A DNA stretch of 64,000 nucleotides from Takakia lepidozioides (Eukaryota; Plantae; Bryophyta): assembly GCA_030704615.1 (NCBI GenBank), contig CM060733.1:62558001-62622000 (forward strand), written 5' to 3'. The position numbers were made by a program, and so were the translations under genes. Shown here piece after piece: positions 1-28,624 of this stretch (its first letter is position 1; the number at the start of each line of letters is the position of its first letter). The notes beneath the pieces were generated by a model, which saw only the letters and a program-made list of their open reading frames with translations, did not search any database and was not told where the DNA came from.

Positions 1-39
1 ACTAACTGAGGAAGATTGATGGATGCATGAACTTCGAAG

Positions 40-13652
<13,613 letters not shown>

Positions 13653-15284
13653 AGGTGTTCACTTGATGCACACATGTGACCACATTGCAAGTTCCAGCTG
13701 TGTTCATCAGGGTTGTAGTAATTCTCACCCTTCCAAACCTCTCACAGACCTACACAAAGTACTAACAGTGAATCGGATTGTACTAATTTTATTGTTTGAT
13801 ACATTCACACTCTGAAGAAATTTAGTCATCAGACTTACCTTTTTTGAGTTTTGGAGGGGTGAAAGATGAAACATGGTGAGGAGAATGTTTGAAATAATGA
13901 AGTTATCTGTGAAATCCAGGGGATGCAGGGTGAGTTCAGCCAGTTTGGTCAAAAGATGGTGATTTGCTATAAAGCGGGCCTACAAAGTAAAAGCGAAATA
14001 AATAAGGGGCCAAACTCAAAATAGCCGGAAAAACCAAATGTGTTTGATCGTGTCATCCTCCGGGCGGTGGCCCTCCATGGGACGCGTGGATGAGCCTGAC
14101 GCGGGCCCCACACTCCCATCATGTGGACCCTTACCACATGATGGCCACTTTGTGCCGCTCCTGCCCAGTTTACTCAACACGCCCCCATTTTACTGGACTG
14201 AACGGATAGGCTCACACTGCCCACCAAAGCCGCATGTGGGAATGAATCAGAGGGTCAAAGAGGGCGGGACTTAACGGATAACTTTAATATGCTTAAGGTA
14301 AGAGTTATCAAGGATTCTAGATCACTTGATGAAATATCTTTTTGTAGGAGGATATTAGGCTACAACATTTTTCCATGGCAATTTCTAGACTGAGTGAGGC
14401 ATAAAAATTTGAGGTGAGCTAGTCTTCTGCTGTGATGATGCACAAGTGGATCACGACAGACTTCAAAAGCATCGACAGTTGCCATAGATAAATTTATGGA
14501 AGATTTTCACAAAACATAAACACCTGCACTTGCATCTGGGCGGTGGAAAGTGCCTTGGCTTCTTCCTGTACTGAATTATAATCATACCCATACTGGAAGC
14601 TAAGACACCTAGGGTATACTGGATCAGTTTTCACACAGCTCCTGGCCATAGAATGTTGAGCCTCCATCCACCTCGATGTTGTGTATGGCAATCTCCTTCC
14701 CCAACGGTTGTACCAACTCTACTGTACAACAGTTCAATATCCATAAATTTCAGTTACAAAAACTGAAAAATTAACTGAAAAATCCTCCTCGTCAGCTGGA
14801 GTATGGCATTTGTTAATATCTCAAAATAAAGGCATTCTGCAACGTAGAAGTTGCAGTTGATATTGTAGTGTGAAGAAAGTAAACTCAACTCACAACACAA
14901 ATTTGAAGTCACCTTCTCAAATTGATTATAATCCCAGTCAGCGAAATTCAAATTTCTCTTCCCCATTTGCTAATTTCCCCAACTCTGAGGCCACCTTTTC
15001 AAATTATTTATAATCCCAGCCAGCTATATCGCCTGACTAATCATGGTTGCTGATTCTCCCCTAATTGCAAAACACTGATATTCAAGACAATCGGTGTTGG
15101 AGACACACAGTAGTATTAAACAGCCAAATTTGGATATGGGAAACTTCCTTCAGAAATGAAGAATTGAGTGATTAACAAAACAGAAAATGCCAAGAACTAG
15201 AACTAAAGCTACAGCAGCCAGTTAATCTCTCAACTCAACACAAAGCAAGTTTATGAACAAATGTGCATCATGAAAACCAGAGAG

Positions 15285-18200
15285 TTACAAAAAATGCTCA
15301 GGGAAAATGACATCGCCAACTTCCTTTCTCTCTTCCTCACTTGTTTTAGAAAGCTCAGCCAGCCTTTCATCTTGCATCATATCCAACCTCTTCCATGTCT
15401 CATTACTAATCACCATCAACTGCAACACAAGCATGGACGAAAAAGTGAGTTTGAACATCAAAACAGGGCGAAGCCATTGCTACAAAACAACTGCAGCGCC
15501 ACAAAATATTTGTTTACCTTTAAAAGAGTTTCAGGCTTCTAAAATGTGACAAGTTTCTGATTACCTATGTGCTTCACAATGCAGCCAATTCAGTGTATAC
15601 TCTTCATTGAGATTCCCACCATTCATTCTTGTGAAGACACTAGCATCACAGCCTAAGGCAAGGGCCTCACAGGGACGAGGGTGGACAGGGAGATAGTAGC
15701 TTGCACCTAAGGGGAGCACAAGGACAGCGAACGAGATTTGTTCCTCTTTGAAGTGTCAACTGATAGTGGAGGCACAGTGAACAAAAACAACTACAGACAT
15801 ACATATGCAGGCTGGCTGTGCAAGTAAATGACAATGTTGATTGCAGTCACCTGTTGCGGCCGTGCACCTCCAAAGGTAACCCATCCGACATTGCCAGGAG
15901 AGAAAGTCACCCGGCCAGGGAGAGAGACACAATGGATTCCCCAGCGGCCAGCATACAACAGCGCACCATGCTCGTTAACATCTCTTATTTCCTCCTGCAA
16001 ACCCCACCAGATGCAGGATAGCTTAAGCCTAAATCATAGCCACTGTTTCGGCTTGGGCTGATTGGACCCGGCAGTGCTTGTATAGAAAAGAAGAGGAGCA
16101 AGCAGAGCCAGAATTTTATGTTCACGTTTTCCAGTGGTGAACCTAACACAGTAGAGCATGCACCTGAGGAAGGCGAGGAGCTTTGTTGAAAATATCCCTT
16201 ATTTCTGAAGCTGTCACCTCCTCCTCCTTCAACAGTCTCTCTGGCAGCGTTTCACATAGATTCAGTTAGAAGTGAAATAACTTCCTTATACCAAGTAGAT
16301 ATATTCTTTGGCATCGACGAGGACCCTTGATCCTCGTGCTGAAGTTGCTAGGTCTCATCTGATAGTCATGCTGATGACATATTGCTTGGAGGAAACTTGA
16401 AAGCCGTCGCTCAAATGGCTGGCACCGTCATGTAATGTTCCAGTTCTGAATAAATCCTTACAGTTGAAATGCATCAACTGAGAGCACCTAAAATTTATGC
16501 AGATTCCCAGCATTCACAGGAGAAGCAGAGACTACAAATCTACCCTGATTGTGTTTTGCAAGTGATGGCTTGTGGGCATGAAGGTTCAGTATATGTGCAT
16601 GCAAGGCTCTCAGATCGGTCGAGTATTTTTACCTGCAATGGTTTCGAGGGCAGACCGATACTCTCTCAACACTGATGAGCACTTTTCAACAGCATAGCGC
16701 ATATACTCATCTCGTAAGGCCTGCACCTTAGGACCAATCTACATGCCACAGAATGGACAAAGGTTAGATCAAAAGCCCACAAAGCAAGACACAAATGGGG
16801 CTGTCATAGTTGCGATCATCATTCTACTGAGGAGATGTCTTCAAGCATGAAATTTTGGACTTCTTGTGATTGGTGGAGAACTCCCATCAAACGATGCGTG
16901 GGCCCTTGTTGCTCCCAGCTTAATACCCCCCCGTCAGACCTAAGCCCCATAAGACCAAAAGTAAGTTGATGAATTGAATGATGTCACAAAAACTCTGAAT
17001 ACAGAAGTGGCATGCTGACTGAAGAGAACTATATACATTCCCCCTAACTCACATTAAACACAATGTCTTGCTGGGTGCGATAATAAATTTTGCCCAAGGC
17101 CGTCATGCCAGTTCGGAGGATCAAATAATCAGCCAGTAGTCCGGCCTCTCCAAGAGCAGATCCCGACATCCATGACAGATTATCCTTCCCAAATATCAAC
17201 TCCTCCACAAGGCGTGCTGTTTAGTCCCCATATTTGACATTAGTGAGAGTTTTGCCACCCAGCAGTGGTCACATCAGAAATGCATCACGAAGCAAGCAGT
17301 CCTGGATTCCTTCTCCCTATGTCCCTTCAGAATATAGTGCTTCAATACAAGCTGCAAAGACTGGAACAGAAGTCTATTAGGAATGAAACTATCTCCTGTC
17401 TCCGAATTACAACAAATTGAACTATACCATCCGTGGTATAGGTGTGGTAGAATGTTCTTGACATCAAGAATGCCTCAAAGATATAGAATCACAGTACCAA
17501 TTCAACAAAAAAGAGACCTAATGTAGGGAGGTCCATGAGATAGACACAGCAAAAGTAGAGGAGCGGGTGCTGTGTTTACGTGCACAGGCACGAACAATTG
17601 AATTGACGAGATCGGTCTTCCGGGCAAACACACGGTGTCTAGGCTCTTCATACTCCATGTTCGGGTAAGTGTCAATGTCGAGAACATTGGTCTGCCAGTC
17701 CAATATGACTCAAGGTGATTGAATGAGGTAGACATGAAACACTTTTTCGGTGTCTATGACTAGGCCTCAAAGTTCATGATTAGTGAAAAAAAAATCAAGA
17801 TTAGATGTACTTAGTAAAAAGATTGACAGTACAAAAGAGAGTTGATTAGTCTGTGAGCAGCACTCATGCACCATGGGTTTTCCATGAAATTTCATTTCTG
17901 TGTACATAGGCAAAGTTCATTTTCATTGGTAAATTAACATCCAGTGGCCAAAAACAAACATACTTTTTTGTTTGTTCCAGCTTTATCTATAGAAGCAGAC
18001 TCATTTAGTGATCCATTTATTTAGTTTGTTCTTTGGCCTGAGCAAGATCCATTTTTCTCTATAACTTGTTACCTATTCTGGCATATTGCTTTCTGCTCAC
18101 GCAAGAAGACAAGATACTATTCCCCTATACAATAGACACAGTGGGTACCAGTTGTGGAAATAACAAGCAGGGAATGACACAAAGAAGTGCCACAAATACG

Positions 18201-21200
18201 AAGGTGGATGTCACTTCAAGAAGTATAGTGTCCCTATTTTTCCCTCTGCTTTTGCATTCTATATTCATGCCTGTTAGCATTTTGGGAATTTCGATTGGAA
18301 GTACCAAGCAGGGAGGAGGAACGTAGCTTGGAAAAGAATGAGACCTGTTAACAGCCCCAAAGAGGAAGAATGGACAAGGAAGAACACATGTCTTTCTAGT
18401 ACTAACCTTAGTGAAAGGCCTGTTAGGATTAGGGAGGTAGCATTCCAACAAAGCAATTGCAGCTTCTCTATATGCGATCCGGAGGCGCGCCTCCCCAGTA
18501 ACATCAACAACGTCCTCCTCCCCTGTGCTGAATCCTCCTTCTTGCTGTGCACAATCATTTTACACAGATGTACCATGTAACAACCATTCCTGAACTACAT
18601 GAAGCCTCAGACTATCACGTATGGAGCATAGATATCACCGTCCTGATACAATTCACGTACTAAAAGTGCTTTGGGCAATGCAATGGCAGAGTCTAAGGGA
18701 TTTGCTGAGAAGATATCAAAGTCTGATCCTTTCAAATTTTTCTCTGGGATCTCTCTAAACACACCACAAAGCAGAAAGAACTCACCCTTTTAATGGACTC
18801 AAGCAGCTCAGGCCTTTGAATGGTGTCCTTGTCCTTCCTCGCTGCCAAAATTGCTGCTTCGTTCCTGCAATTCTCTCCCCCACTCAAATGTTGCCCAAAA
18901 GCAATTCACCAAGAGTCACAGTATGGAAACTTCATTGTGAGACTAGCAACACATCAATTGCGAGAAGCTTCCACTCACAAAACGTTTTGAAGCTCAGCCC
19001 CACTGAAGTCGTAGGTTATTGATGCTAACTCCCTCAGCAACTCCTCCTTTTCCGTCTCTGACTTGAATCCCTTGTTGCGCACATGGACCTGCCTCACCAC
19101 AACTCAAACACACACTTTAAGCTCTGCAACCACCACTCCACACAGAAACAAGGGGCCCAAGTTTATGCATTCGAGAGCCATAGATTGTCTTATTGAAATA
19201 AGTCGCAGAGAAGAATGCTGCTCTTGGATTTTGCATGCCCAGCAGTTTTCACAAGCACACTCACCTTGAGAATAGCAAGTCGACCTTCCTCAGTAGGTAG
19301 ACCAATGCTAATGGTTTTGTCGAATCGACCTTTCCTTAAGAGAGCTGGATCCAACATATCCAACCTGTTTGTTGCTCCCACCACCAAAACCTACACAAAT
19401 CCATTACACACCGTCATATCGTGATTTTTATTCCCATCCCTGTGGCTTGTTCGAGTAGCTTTCTCAACACACCTCCAGCGCTCCATCTTTCTATCTGCCT
19501 TGCTAGATAGACTCGATAATCAGTTTGGGACAAGCTACAACCATTCACCCAACATGACTGCTCAATAGATAATCATTCACTAATTAAAGCTTGACATAGT
19601 TGATTCTGTTAAAGATATATAATTTATCTAAAGGACAGGATATCAGAAGCTGGGGTGTGGTGTAGCTTAACCACTGCTGTCTTTTGTCACTAACCAACAG
19701 TGCAAGTGCTTGCCTGTCTAGCAGTACACAACCTCACAGAGACGTGCACAAGACAACCTGCACTCTTGGCAATCATCATGGTCCATCAATCATAATGCAG
19801 AGCAACATGACAACACCCCCGTGCCAGGAGAAAAATTCATAGGAATATTTCTTCCGCCAAACCTTAGAACCTTGGCTCTGAAACCCATCCAGCTCTGTCA
19901 GAATTTGAATAAGGCCTTGCTCCCTTTCCACGCCTCCCTACACCAACACAGCTTCAGCCAAAAATAAGAAGCAAATATCTTGTATTAAAGCATCAACGGA
20001 AGTCCATCCAGTCATTCCCAGCACTTTGCATATCAGAGACATTCTCCTAGGTATGATTCTTACCCCACCAACATCGGGTCCACCACGCTTTGCGCCAATG
20101 GCATCGATCTCATCAATGAACACAATGGACGGTGCAAACTGACGTGCCCGTGCAAATAAATCCCTCACCCTTGCTGCTGCAACTCCCACAAACATCTGAA
20201 GACATAGGCAACTTTCCATCAGAACCCAAAACATGAACATAACTTCATAGATGGCAGGTAATCTGGTCTTACAGATATAAACGATTGGACAAGAAATAAT
20301 ACCTCCACAAATTCAGATCCACTAGCAGAGAAAAAAGGAACGCCTGCCTCTCCTGCAATTGCTTTGGCTAACAGTGTTTTCCCTGTCCCTGGGGGGCCAT
20401 AGAGAAGTACACCTTTGGGACAATAGATGCCAAGGTCCTCAAACTCTTTTGCGTCCTTCAGAATTCTTACCACCTCTTGCAATTCCCGCTTCACATACTC
20501 CTGGCCAGCAAAGTCATCAAATGTAACACCTGTAGTTTCCTCTGCCGAAATGAATCTTGCCCTGACCAACACAATTCTTCATCAGCATCCAACAGATAGC
20601 CCAGTGATTAGGGCACAAGGCCGCCTTACAAGTGGTCATGGGTTCAAAGTCACATACGTGTATGTTGGATGTCACCCAATATGGCCAACCCAGCTATAAA
20701 AGGGGGGTAACTGGGTCAACCAGCTACTTAATGTGTGGGTACTTGAGGACTTTCGGGGAGAGTTGGGCAACCGTGTTGCCCCAATTACGGCCATTAGAAG
20801 GTGTCCACCTTCCAAACAGAGGGCAGTAGCCGTCAGGGGAAATGACACCATAAGTTATGCTTGCTTCAGCAAGAGTCTTCCTCTCCTTTCTTTTCATCAA
20901 ATTGAGATTGCACACCTAATTCACACCCAGGTCCTTCCAGGTGACTGGTACCTTAGATGTGCCCATTGGCGCTAACCTAACCTAAAGCAGCAGAGGAAAG
21001 CAGAGGCTAGAAATTGAATATCATTGGAGACATGCACAGGAGCTGACAAATGGACTGCGAGGATAAACAGAGACAGACGACGGGCTAAAGGCAGAGGCTT
21101 GAGTTTGAACAAACATTTAAGAAAGAGAAATAGAGGGGGATTGTCAAGATGCAAACAACGGATGAAAAAGGGAGACAGAAGGAAAGAGTACTGATGCACC

Positions 21201-23774
21201 TGCTTTGACCCAGGGCTCCCAGTTCCATGTTAAGTGATGTCCCCAATTTCAGCCGACGTTTTATGGGTCGGTCATCTGGGTTCTTCATCTTGTAGATCGG
21301 GTACAGCCACCTGTCCAGCCACTTGTACACAGTGACTGCAATTATCAAGCGCATACCCCAGACAATCGCAGTCTCAAATGTTGGATACAGTTGCATTGGG
21401 AGGGAGTTTGGCTGATAAACTTCCACATTTACAAGTTGCTGATGGAGCTGCTTCCAGACATCAGTCCACCCATCTGCAGGCATTTGATCAACCACATGGC
21501 GTTTGAACACAATGTTCCTCGGCTTATTACGTGCCAACAATTCAGAGTGATCACCAGATTGCTGAGGCAGTGCCTCTTTGTCTTCTTGCTCGGTGGGGGC
21601 CTCCTTATCTGATTGCTCGGTGGTAATACCCTCTTCTTCCTCCACATAGTATGGCAGTACAACTGCAATTTCAAACCCAAACTTATCAGAGCATGCGAAC
21701 TCTTCATATGTTTGATTTAATGTGTTGCATTCCTTTCCTCCCTTTTCCATCTATTGATATATTCAAGCGACATGAACTATTTACTCCCTTGCAAAATCTT
21801 GTACCAGCAGGTTCAAGGTCAATGCAGGGATGGAAGCATCCTGCCCTCCCAAGAAAGCTGTGATGCAAGAAAAGACATTTCCACCAGAGAGGCTGCATGG
21901 CCAGCTTTTATAACTTTGAAAGGCCAGTGACAAAAAAGCAATGGGGACTTGATGACTTCATTCATGATTTTGTGCTTCTAGCCTACTTGCCTGAGGTTTA
22001 CTATAGTAGAGGCCCATCATATTCCCCTGCAAACTTCATTAAGCATACAACATTTATTTTTTACCCCACCTACTAGTAATTTGAGGAAGCTATGACAAAC
22101 CACTAATTAGGAATTGGAGGGCCACTATATGCAAGTCAATGAGCATTGGCCCACAAAGTTCCAACCCTTAAAGCCAAGCTAGCTACTCAATGAAATAGTA
22201 GTTAGATGGGAGTATCACCAGCTATATGCTGCCCAAACTCCCCATAATCCAAATAGTTGACCCTCTTCTCCTCTAAAAGCTCCATGAATAAGCTGAAGGG
22301 AATGTCAGGTGCTGGCAGAGGATCCCAAGGTGTGCCGTGCAAGTGGCCTTGAAGCTTCAGGAGGAACTTGTTCCACTGCATCTTCTGTACAAAATCTCGC
22401 TCAAGTTGAACGTCTGCTAGTCGTGCCAAGTCCTCCAAATCTTTAGTGCGCTTTTTCTCTGCCTCCCTCACTGCCTGCCACACCAAACCATCAGCTCAAC
22501 TGGCTTGTCTACCACTTCAGATGCGGTCAGCGCTTAGGGTGTAGGGCTTAAGCAGTTGGATCTGTTCCTCGGTCCACCCGGACATGGCTAAAAATGTCGT
22601 CGAAAAGAGCTACAAAGTACACCATCTGCTCATAGTAGAGAAGGTCCATTTTGACCTTTACAACCTAGGGTTGTGGCCCTGCTACAGTGCAACCTACCAA
22701 TGGCCCACACAAGCTTAGTAGTTAGCCAGGCTTGGGCCAATCTGATACCTTGTTATCTTCATATTTAATATAGCAGGAAGAAATAGGTACTTCATGCCAA
22801 GAGCAAGCAATGCAGAATTCCAGGCACCTAGCTCTAAAAGGCAAGGCCAGAAACAAAACCCATGACAGGACTGGGGAAACTATTAGCCCTCGGGATATGG
22901 AGGCTCTGCTGACCCACATGAGATCGGGTCTTGTTGAGCTGAAGAAAGCGTTTTATACTCTCATGCATTTCCCAGTATCCACCAAGCACCTTCCTTCGCC
23001 TCTCTCCAGAAACACACAAAGGTCCATGTTACAATTTCTGAGCCTTAATCGGCGGAGGCCTCACTTGACATGTACAACAGTATATTGTCCTTCCATGTTA
23101 TCAGTGACGGATTATCCCCTTAACTAAAGGTAGAACTCTGCAGACGATGCAATTTAGGATGCTTTCCCTCTACCCCGCAGAAAAGAATCAAGAAACTGAT
23201 TCTGTTTCAGCAGTCTGTTTTGTTTCATCCAGTAAACGAACAAGTTAAATTAGAAGCAGAAACACACCTCAAAGAGCTCTCGAGCTTTCTCTTGCGCTTC
23301 CTGTTCTTCAACTTCGCTAGGCTTTTTGGAAAAAACCTTCCCCAACCATGCCATATCCCTCCTCCCTCCTCCCCCCTCTCGTTCCGAATCAGCTAGCGGC
23401 CTCACCACGCTTTCCGACCTCATTAGCGCTCGCCGCGCCACAGGTTTATCAGTCCATATCTCCGGAGGCTTCAATTCAGGTGCTTCTGGCGGCGAAATGC
23501 CTTCTAACCGCAAATTTCGATCACTTGCAGAGTCATCTCCTCGAATCTCGTAGCGAGTGTGTCGTCTGACCACCTTCCTTATCCTTCCCCTACTGTGATG
23601 TACAAGAAATGGGTTCGTTCGAGACAGAAAGGAAAAAGGGCTCTGAGAGAAGACGAGAGAGCCGGGAACGCGAGGACGTCGGAGACGAAGGGAGGCAGCA
23701 GGCTTGGAGGGTACCAGGAATACCGAAGCTTGCGTGCAGCATTGTGCCAGAGCACCCCCAGCCCCGTCCATCAT
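15285..23774 (-). CDS. FTSHI4: FtsH-like inactive AAA protease FtsHi4 (EMB3144-like), chloroplast-targeted; 16 exons, 960 aa
   Basis: GT-AG exons 23774-23268, 22474-22219, 21662-21200, 20561-20303, 20195-20064, 19937-19863, 19390-19265, 19088-18979, 18864-18786, 18544-18407, 17691-17580, 17216-17053, 16738-16633, 16240-16164, 15994-15851, 15419-15285 join in frame (2883 nt). Walker A GPPGTGKT, Walker [28 protein letters not shown]; YREAA replaces HExxH; family-specific [20 protein letters not shown]. Confidence 0.95.
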
Positions 23775-26302
23775 CCCTCTCAATATCAAATGGCACAAGT
23801 AGTATTAAAGCACACTGCTCATCAGTACACATCTCTCGCAAATGCAAGAGATAGTCGCTTTTGAATACATCTGTATGTACGTCACTTACATCTTGCAACT
23901 CGGCTCCCTTCCTCCATACAACTCTTCTGTCTCAGGCCTAAAACCCTCACCCCTTCGTTCACTGCTTCATAGTTGAAAATTTTGAGGATCTCAATCGTTT
24001 GTTGGCCCTGCCCGACAGGGTAGGGGACTACGCATCAAGTTGGCCAAAATGCCCTTAACCTTATATCATGAGTTGTTCCCATGAGACTTAATGGGAACAT
24101 GAAAGTTTTTAGTTCCCAGTCGGGCACATGCATATCAATACAAATGTATGGTTACATGCAAGCCCTGCCCTAACATAATTATGACTTGGCTGTGAAATGA
24201 TTGACATAATCCGAGAGTTTAAATGCTAGAAAAACTGGTTTCTGGTCGGTCTAGTATGCTTCTTTTTTTCTAGACAAATAATGTTGTGGAGCATTTATCC
24301 ATACCAGTGTGGCCTATGCCGATGAACTCATAATGTTATGTCATTTACATATTGCAGACTAACCCAGTTTGTTATTTTTCATGAATTTTCAATGACAAAA
24401 AATACTTGAAATTCAATATCTCAGATTCAAAAAATTATGAAACAGTTTTCGTAGATTTTTTGAATGTAAGATAAAAATGGTGATTTGTCCCGAATGATTT
24501 AGATTGATATCAAAATATCTTATAAAAATAAATTATGGTGCTTTATCATATAGAAAATATAATACATCTAAAATATGGCAGATAGTTTATGGCTAATGGT
24601 AAATTGCTTGTGGCTGACGGCAAGAACTTGAAAGATCAATCAAATTAATCAAGAAGCAATTTGGATCAACGGTAAAAAGAAACTTTCAACCTAAGGGCTA
24701 CATTATTAGCAATGAACTTGTGTAGAATAATTGATCAAAACTCCCTCATAAGATAAGCATATATGCTATAATTTATGTTACAGTATTTCATATGTGTGAT
24801 TCAAAAACAAAGAGACATGCGTATTATCTGTCATCGCTATTAGTACTACCACAGCAATGGGTTCAACCTCCACTACCAACGGACTACGTGGAAGAGAGTC
24901 ATAAAAGCCAAGGGCAACCATAGGTTATGACTGAAATAGTGTTGAAAGACAGACAGTCAGAGAGACAAAACATAAATGTGAGGAATGCTTTCGCAAGGAG
25001 ACATACCTTCAGAGCCTCGTCCTCTTGAAAACTCGTTGCTATGAGGTCAAGAGGCATCATGACAAACACAAGTACTCGGGCCAACAACGTCCTGCTTTAT
25101 GCAAAGAACTAGGGCAATGATATTTACGTGACTGGCAGTGCATGGGGTCAACATAGTGTTTTCTAGCATGATGTCCGAGCCTACTAAATGAGCATTCACT
25201 TAATTGGGTTGTTATTAGCTGTATGTGCGCACTAGCCCAATTGCAGTCAGGGAACAGGCAATGCCTTCTCTCTCTCACTCACTCACTCTCTCTCTTAATG
25301 CAGAATTGCAGGATGTCTAGGAGCATTCAAAAGCAACCTAGACAACAACAATTCATATTCATATGAAAGGCTTAAAGTTGGGCACCTTTACCCTCTATTT
25401 GTGACATGGTGAGGGCCTTAAGGATGATCTGAAGAGCCTACCAACCCTTGGCACTGGACTGAACTGTGGATGCGACGGTAAGGGTGTACCAATGGATGAC
25501 AATTTTTGTTAATGGACAATGGATGTCAATGGGACAATGGATGTCAATGTGACAATGACAATCTTTGTCATCCAACAAAAACATTGGTCGCGTGAAAAGT
25601 TGGTCCTGCGACAAGCGGGAGAAACCAATTGCGTAGTCTTTGCCTGAGGGCAAGGCCAAAAACAGTGGCAGGGCCTCTGTGTATCTCACGCCTTGTTCCC
25701 AAGGCAGGAAGGACTATGCAAAGGGTTTTTGTCACGGAGGCAGTCAACGTTTGACAGATAATAGATGAACTATTTGGATGAACGTTTCAGTTCTCATATG
25801 CTAGTTCAAATCGTCAGATAGCAGTTGTTTTAGAGGTTTATTTTCTCATTTCCCACACTTCGTCTCGAAATTTGACTAAGTCCAAATGTGGCTAAGTATG
25901 AAATGGACTAGAGTTGCAGACCGGGGTTACAAAGGTTACATAGATAGGAATACTAATACCCGGGTTACACTACAAGTGCCTCCCATCAAAAATCGAACCC
26001 AAAACCTCACAGCCTGCAGTGCTGTCACCTTACCATCACACTACCTACCACAGCATGAAATCTGTTAGGATTCTTAAGTACTAGTGCTTCGCATTGCTCC
26101 GCACTACTAGCGACGATTTCTGAGAACAATGTCCAGATATATGGGGTATATTCAAGTTTTATGAAAAGACAAACATTTATTTTATTCCATATTCATTTGA
26201 CCGGTGTAATGACTGTGGGGCTTGTTTTGATACAATGGCAAGCAGACTTGGATCATGAATGTTGTTTATATGATATCTTTTTTATTTTCAATTGGTTTAG
26301 AC

Positions 26303-26788
26303 CAGTGTTGGACTGGTATCAAGTTGTTTACATACCAGACTGGTCCTGGTACCAGGCGTATCACAAAACTTTCATACTATATAATGGTGGATGTATTTTT
26401 TTTCCAGATACTGGTATGAATATGAGTATCATGAGCACAATACCGGCCGGTATGAGATATCAACTCTGGTGTCATTCCAAAGCCGTCTTGAGTTACAAAT
26501 TTATCAAATGGCAAGTATCAAGTGAAAACAAATAGAATATACATAAAAGAAGTAAATATACTCAAGTACAAATATATAGGCATATGTACACATAAATTAA
26601 TTCAGTATACATACCAGAGTAAATGAGGAAGACGGTGGGGGAGTACTGGTATTGTGGTTGGTATGAAAGAACTGATACCAGCCTGGTCTGGTATATGACC
26701 AAGTATTCTCCCAAATGATACCAGACTGGTCTGGTATCTAATACCAGTGTATATACCAGTCCTTCACCTATATACCAGTCCAACACTG
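26303..26788. mobile_element. hAT-superfamily MITE (486 bp)
   Basis: 17-bp TIR CAGTGTTGGACTGGTAT / ATACCAGTCCAACACTG; perfect 8-bp TSD GTTTAGAC at 26295-26302 and 26789-26796; internal ATACCAG/CTGGTAT subterminal repeats. Confidence 0.92.
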
Positions 26789-27877
26789 GTTTAGACTTCA
26801 GATTGTTTGGATTTTGACTTAATTTCATGGTTTCTTGAAAAATGAGCTAGAGCAGCTAGAGTCGAGCAAATGAGATAAAAACAAAGACATCAGGACAAAA
26901 TGACAAGGAAAAGAAACAACAAATCTTGGTCGATAATACACTACATCCCCGAGAATTTTCTGTATTTCAGAATGGGCACCTTGCTGGGCTAGCTGCACTT
27001 ATGTGGCAAGGGGGCCCCAGTAACCATCACAGAGTTCTCAATGAGTTTACTAGGCTCTCACAGTGGTATATATTATATATATTGACTAGGACTGTGTCAA
27101 CCAGTCAGTCGCGCACTCTGGTTGCACAATATAAGCTTTGGGTTTAAGTTTAATGACAAAGCACTTTGTACACTAAAAATATTTTTGTATGTGACATTCT
27201 GGTCATATCTTGGGTGCACAAAAACTGTTATTTTTTCCTCTCCCTATTAAGGGGCCTGATTTGTTAGTTGTCACTCTCAGGTGTTTCCATTTATTATAGC
27301 AACTGAGCTACTGACTGTTGGTTCTAAAAATTGTCATCAAGCTCTATTGTAGGTTGGTCGAATTGTAGCGATGAAGGTAATAAGCCCTAAACCAAGCAAC
27401 CACCAATGTGAAGTACCTACCTTTTGATAGACGCAGCAATCAGCGAGTTACCCATGTTCACCACAAATTGCTCAGGTAAATTTGTAGCTTTGCTACTAAC
27501 AATCTAGACTTTTTTCCAGCCATGCAAGGATCAGGATTACCTCTTACTTCAAGTAATCTCTAATGTAGGGTGAGTCCATTATGCAAGAGTTGAGTCTGCA
27601 ACATATCTTGAAATTCCCTAAATAGGTTCGAGACCTTTTTTTCTAGCATAATTACAGATCATGTGAGGGGTCCACCACCTCAGTTCTCCGAGGCCTTGTT
27701 CATTGATATCTCTGCCATGACATGTGGCGCAACAACTGTGGACTCGGCAAGCATAATGATGCTTTTGCCCTCATAGACCTGAATTACATGCACCTATTTA
27801 ACCTGCCATGAAATGTGGCACAACTGTATGCAAGAGCAGATTTATCTGCCCTCAACACATGCAGGTTAAAGTGTGCT

Positions 27878-28624
27878 CTATTCTAGTTGTGTAACAATGC
27901 ATTTCCTCCGAGCAGTTGTATAAGGAACTGTCCCAGGTGCACTGTGGGCTCTCTTCCGATTTTCACGTTTTTGCTCAGCACTATTTGACGCATGGCGCAA
28001 CTTGCCTGCCTTATATATAGCTTTTGGTAAATGGCGATGCCTGCATGATAACCCCTTCCAATACATCAGAACTTAATCGAGGCAACTTTGGCCACACAAT
28101 GATGCCTTGACGGGTATGATACATGCAATGTTTGTAGGAAATTTCAATGAGAACACACATAACCTGTGGCATGTGGTACCGACGAAATGGGCTATAACAA
28201 AAGCAATGAGAGCGGCCAAATTGAACATCCATCAAAGAGCTCTGACCATTTACCAAAAGGCTGTAAACCCATCGATCAATTTGACTGATTTCAGGTAGAT
28301 GCTTGTAGCGCTCCTTCACTGCAGTCAGATATGCATGCCTTTGTTTCTCTCTTGGCAGTAGCTGTAAACCTACACACACACCCAAAAAATAACAACTCCA
28401 ATCTCAACATGCCTATACATCCCAATGGCAACATTTTATGGCAAAAGACCTGTGTGTGGCAGACAATGTAATTATGCGTGCAGTTTCAAATCGCTGTCGA
28501 AGGCCAATTCAGTTGTTACCACACCAAGTTGCTCAGATGCCTTTGACTTCCACAGACGAAGGTTGTATCATCACTGCCTGACACCACATATGCGGCATCG
28601 CTATTGAAACTCACACAAAATACC
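27878..28624 (-). pseudogene. DCAF13: DCAF13/SOF1 (WD40 + Sof1 domain) 3' fragment, last three exons
   Basis: Exons 28624-28520 (VFCVSF..SGSDDT/LRLWKSKASEQLGV, 1-nt deletion), 28361-28273 (LLPREKQ..YKHLPEI) and 28040-27878 (HRHLPKAIY..RAHSAPG). The donor after the middle exon reads AT instead of GT, and no upstream exons were recognised. Confidence 0.85.

Noticed and set aside
14494-14760. Possible exon-like segment between ADH and FtsHi4
   Set aside because: No recognisable family and no supporting neighbouring exons.
18407-18544. Loss of the HExxH zinc motif as a sign of FtsH pseudogenisation
   Set aside because: Absence of HExxH is the normal state of FtsHi proteins, and the gene is otherwise intact.
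24899-25700. Exon-like segments at ~25005-25092 and 25560-25700, plus a 50-bp LINE scrap at ~25417
   Set aside because: Could not assign a protein family or build a consistent gene model.
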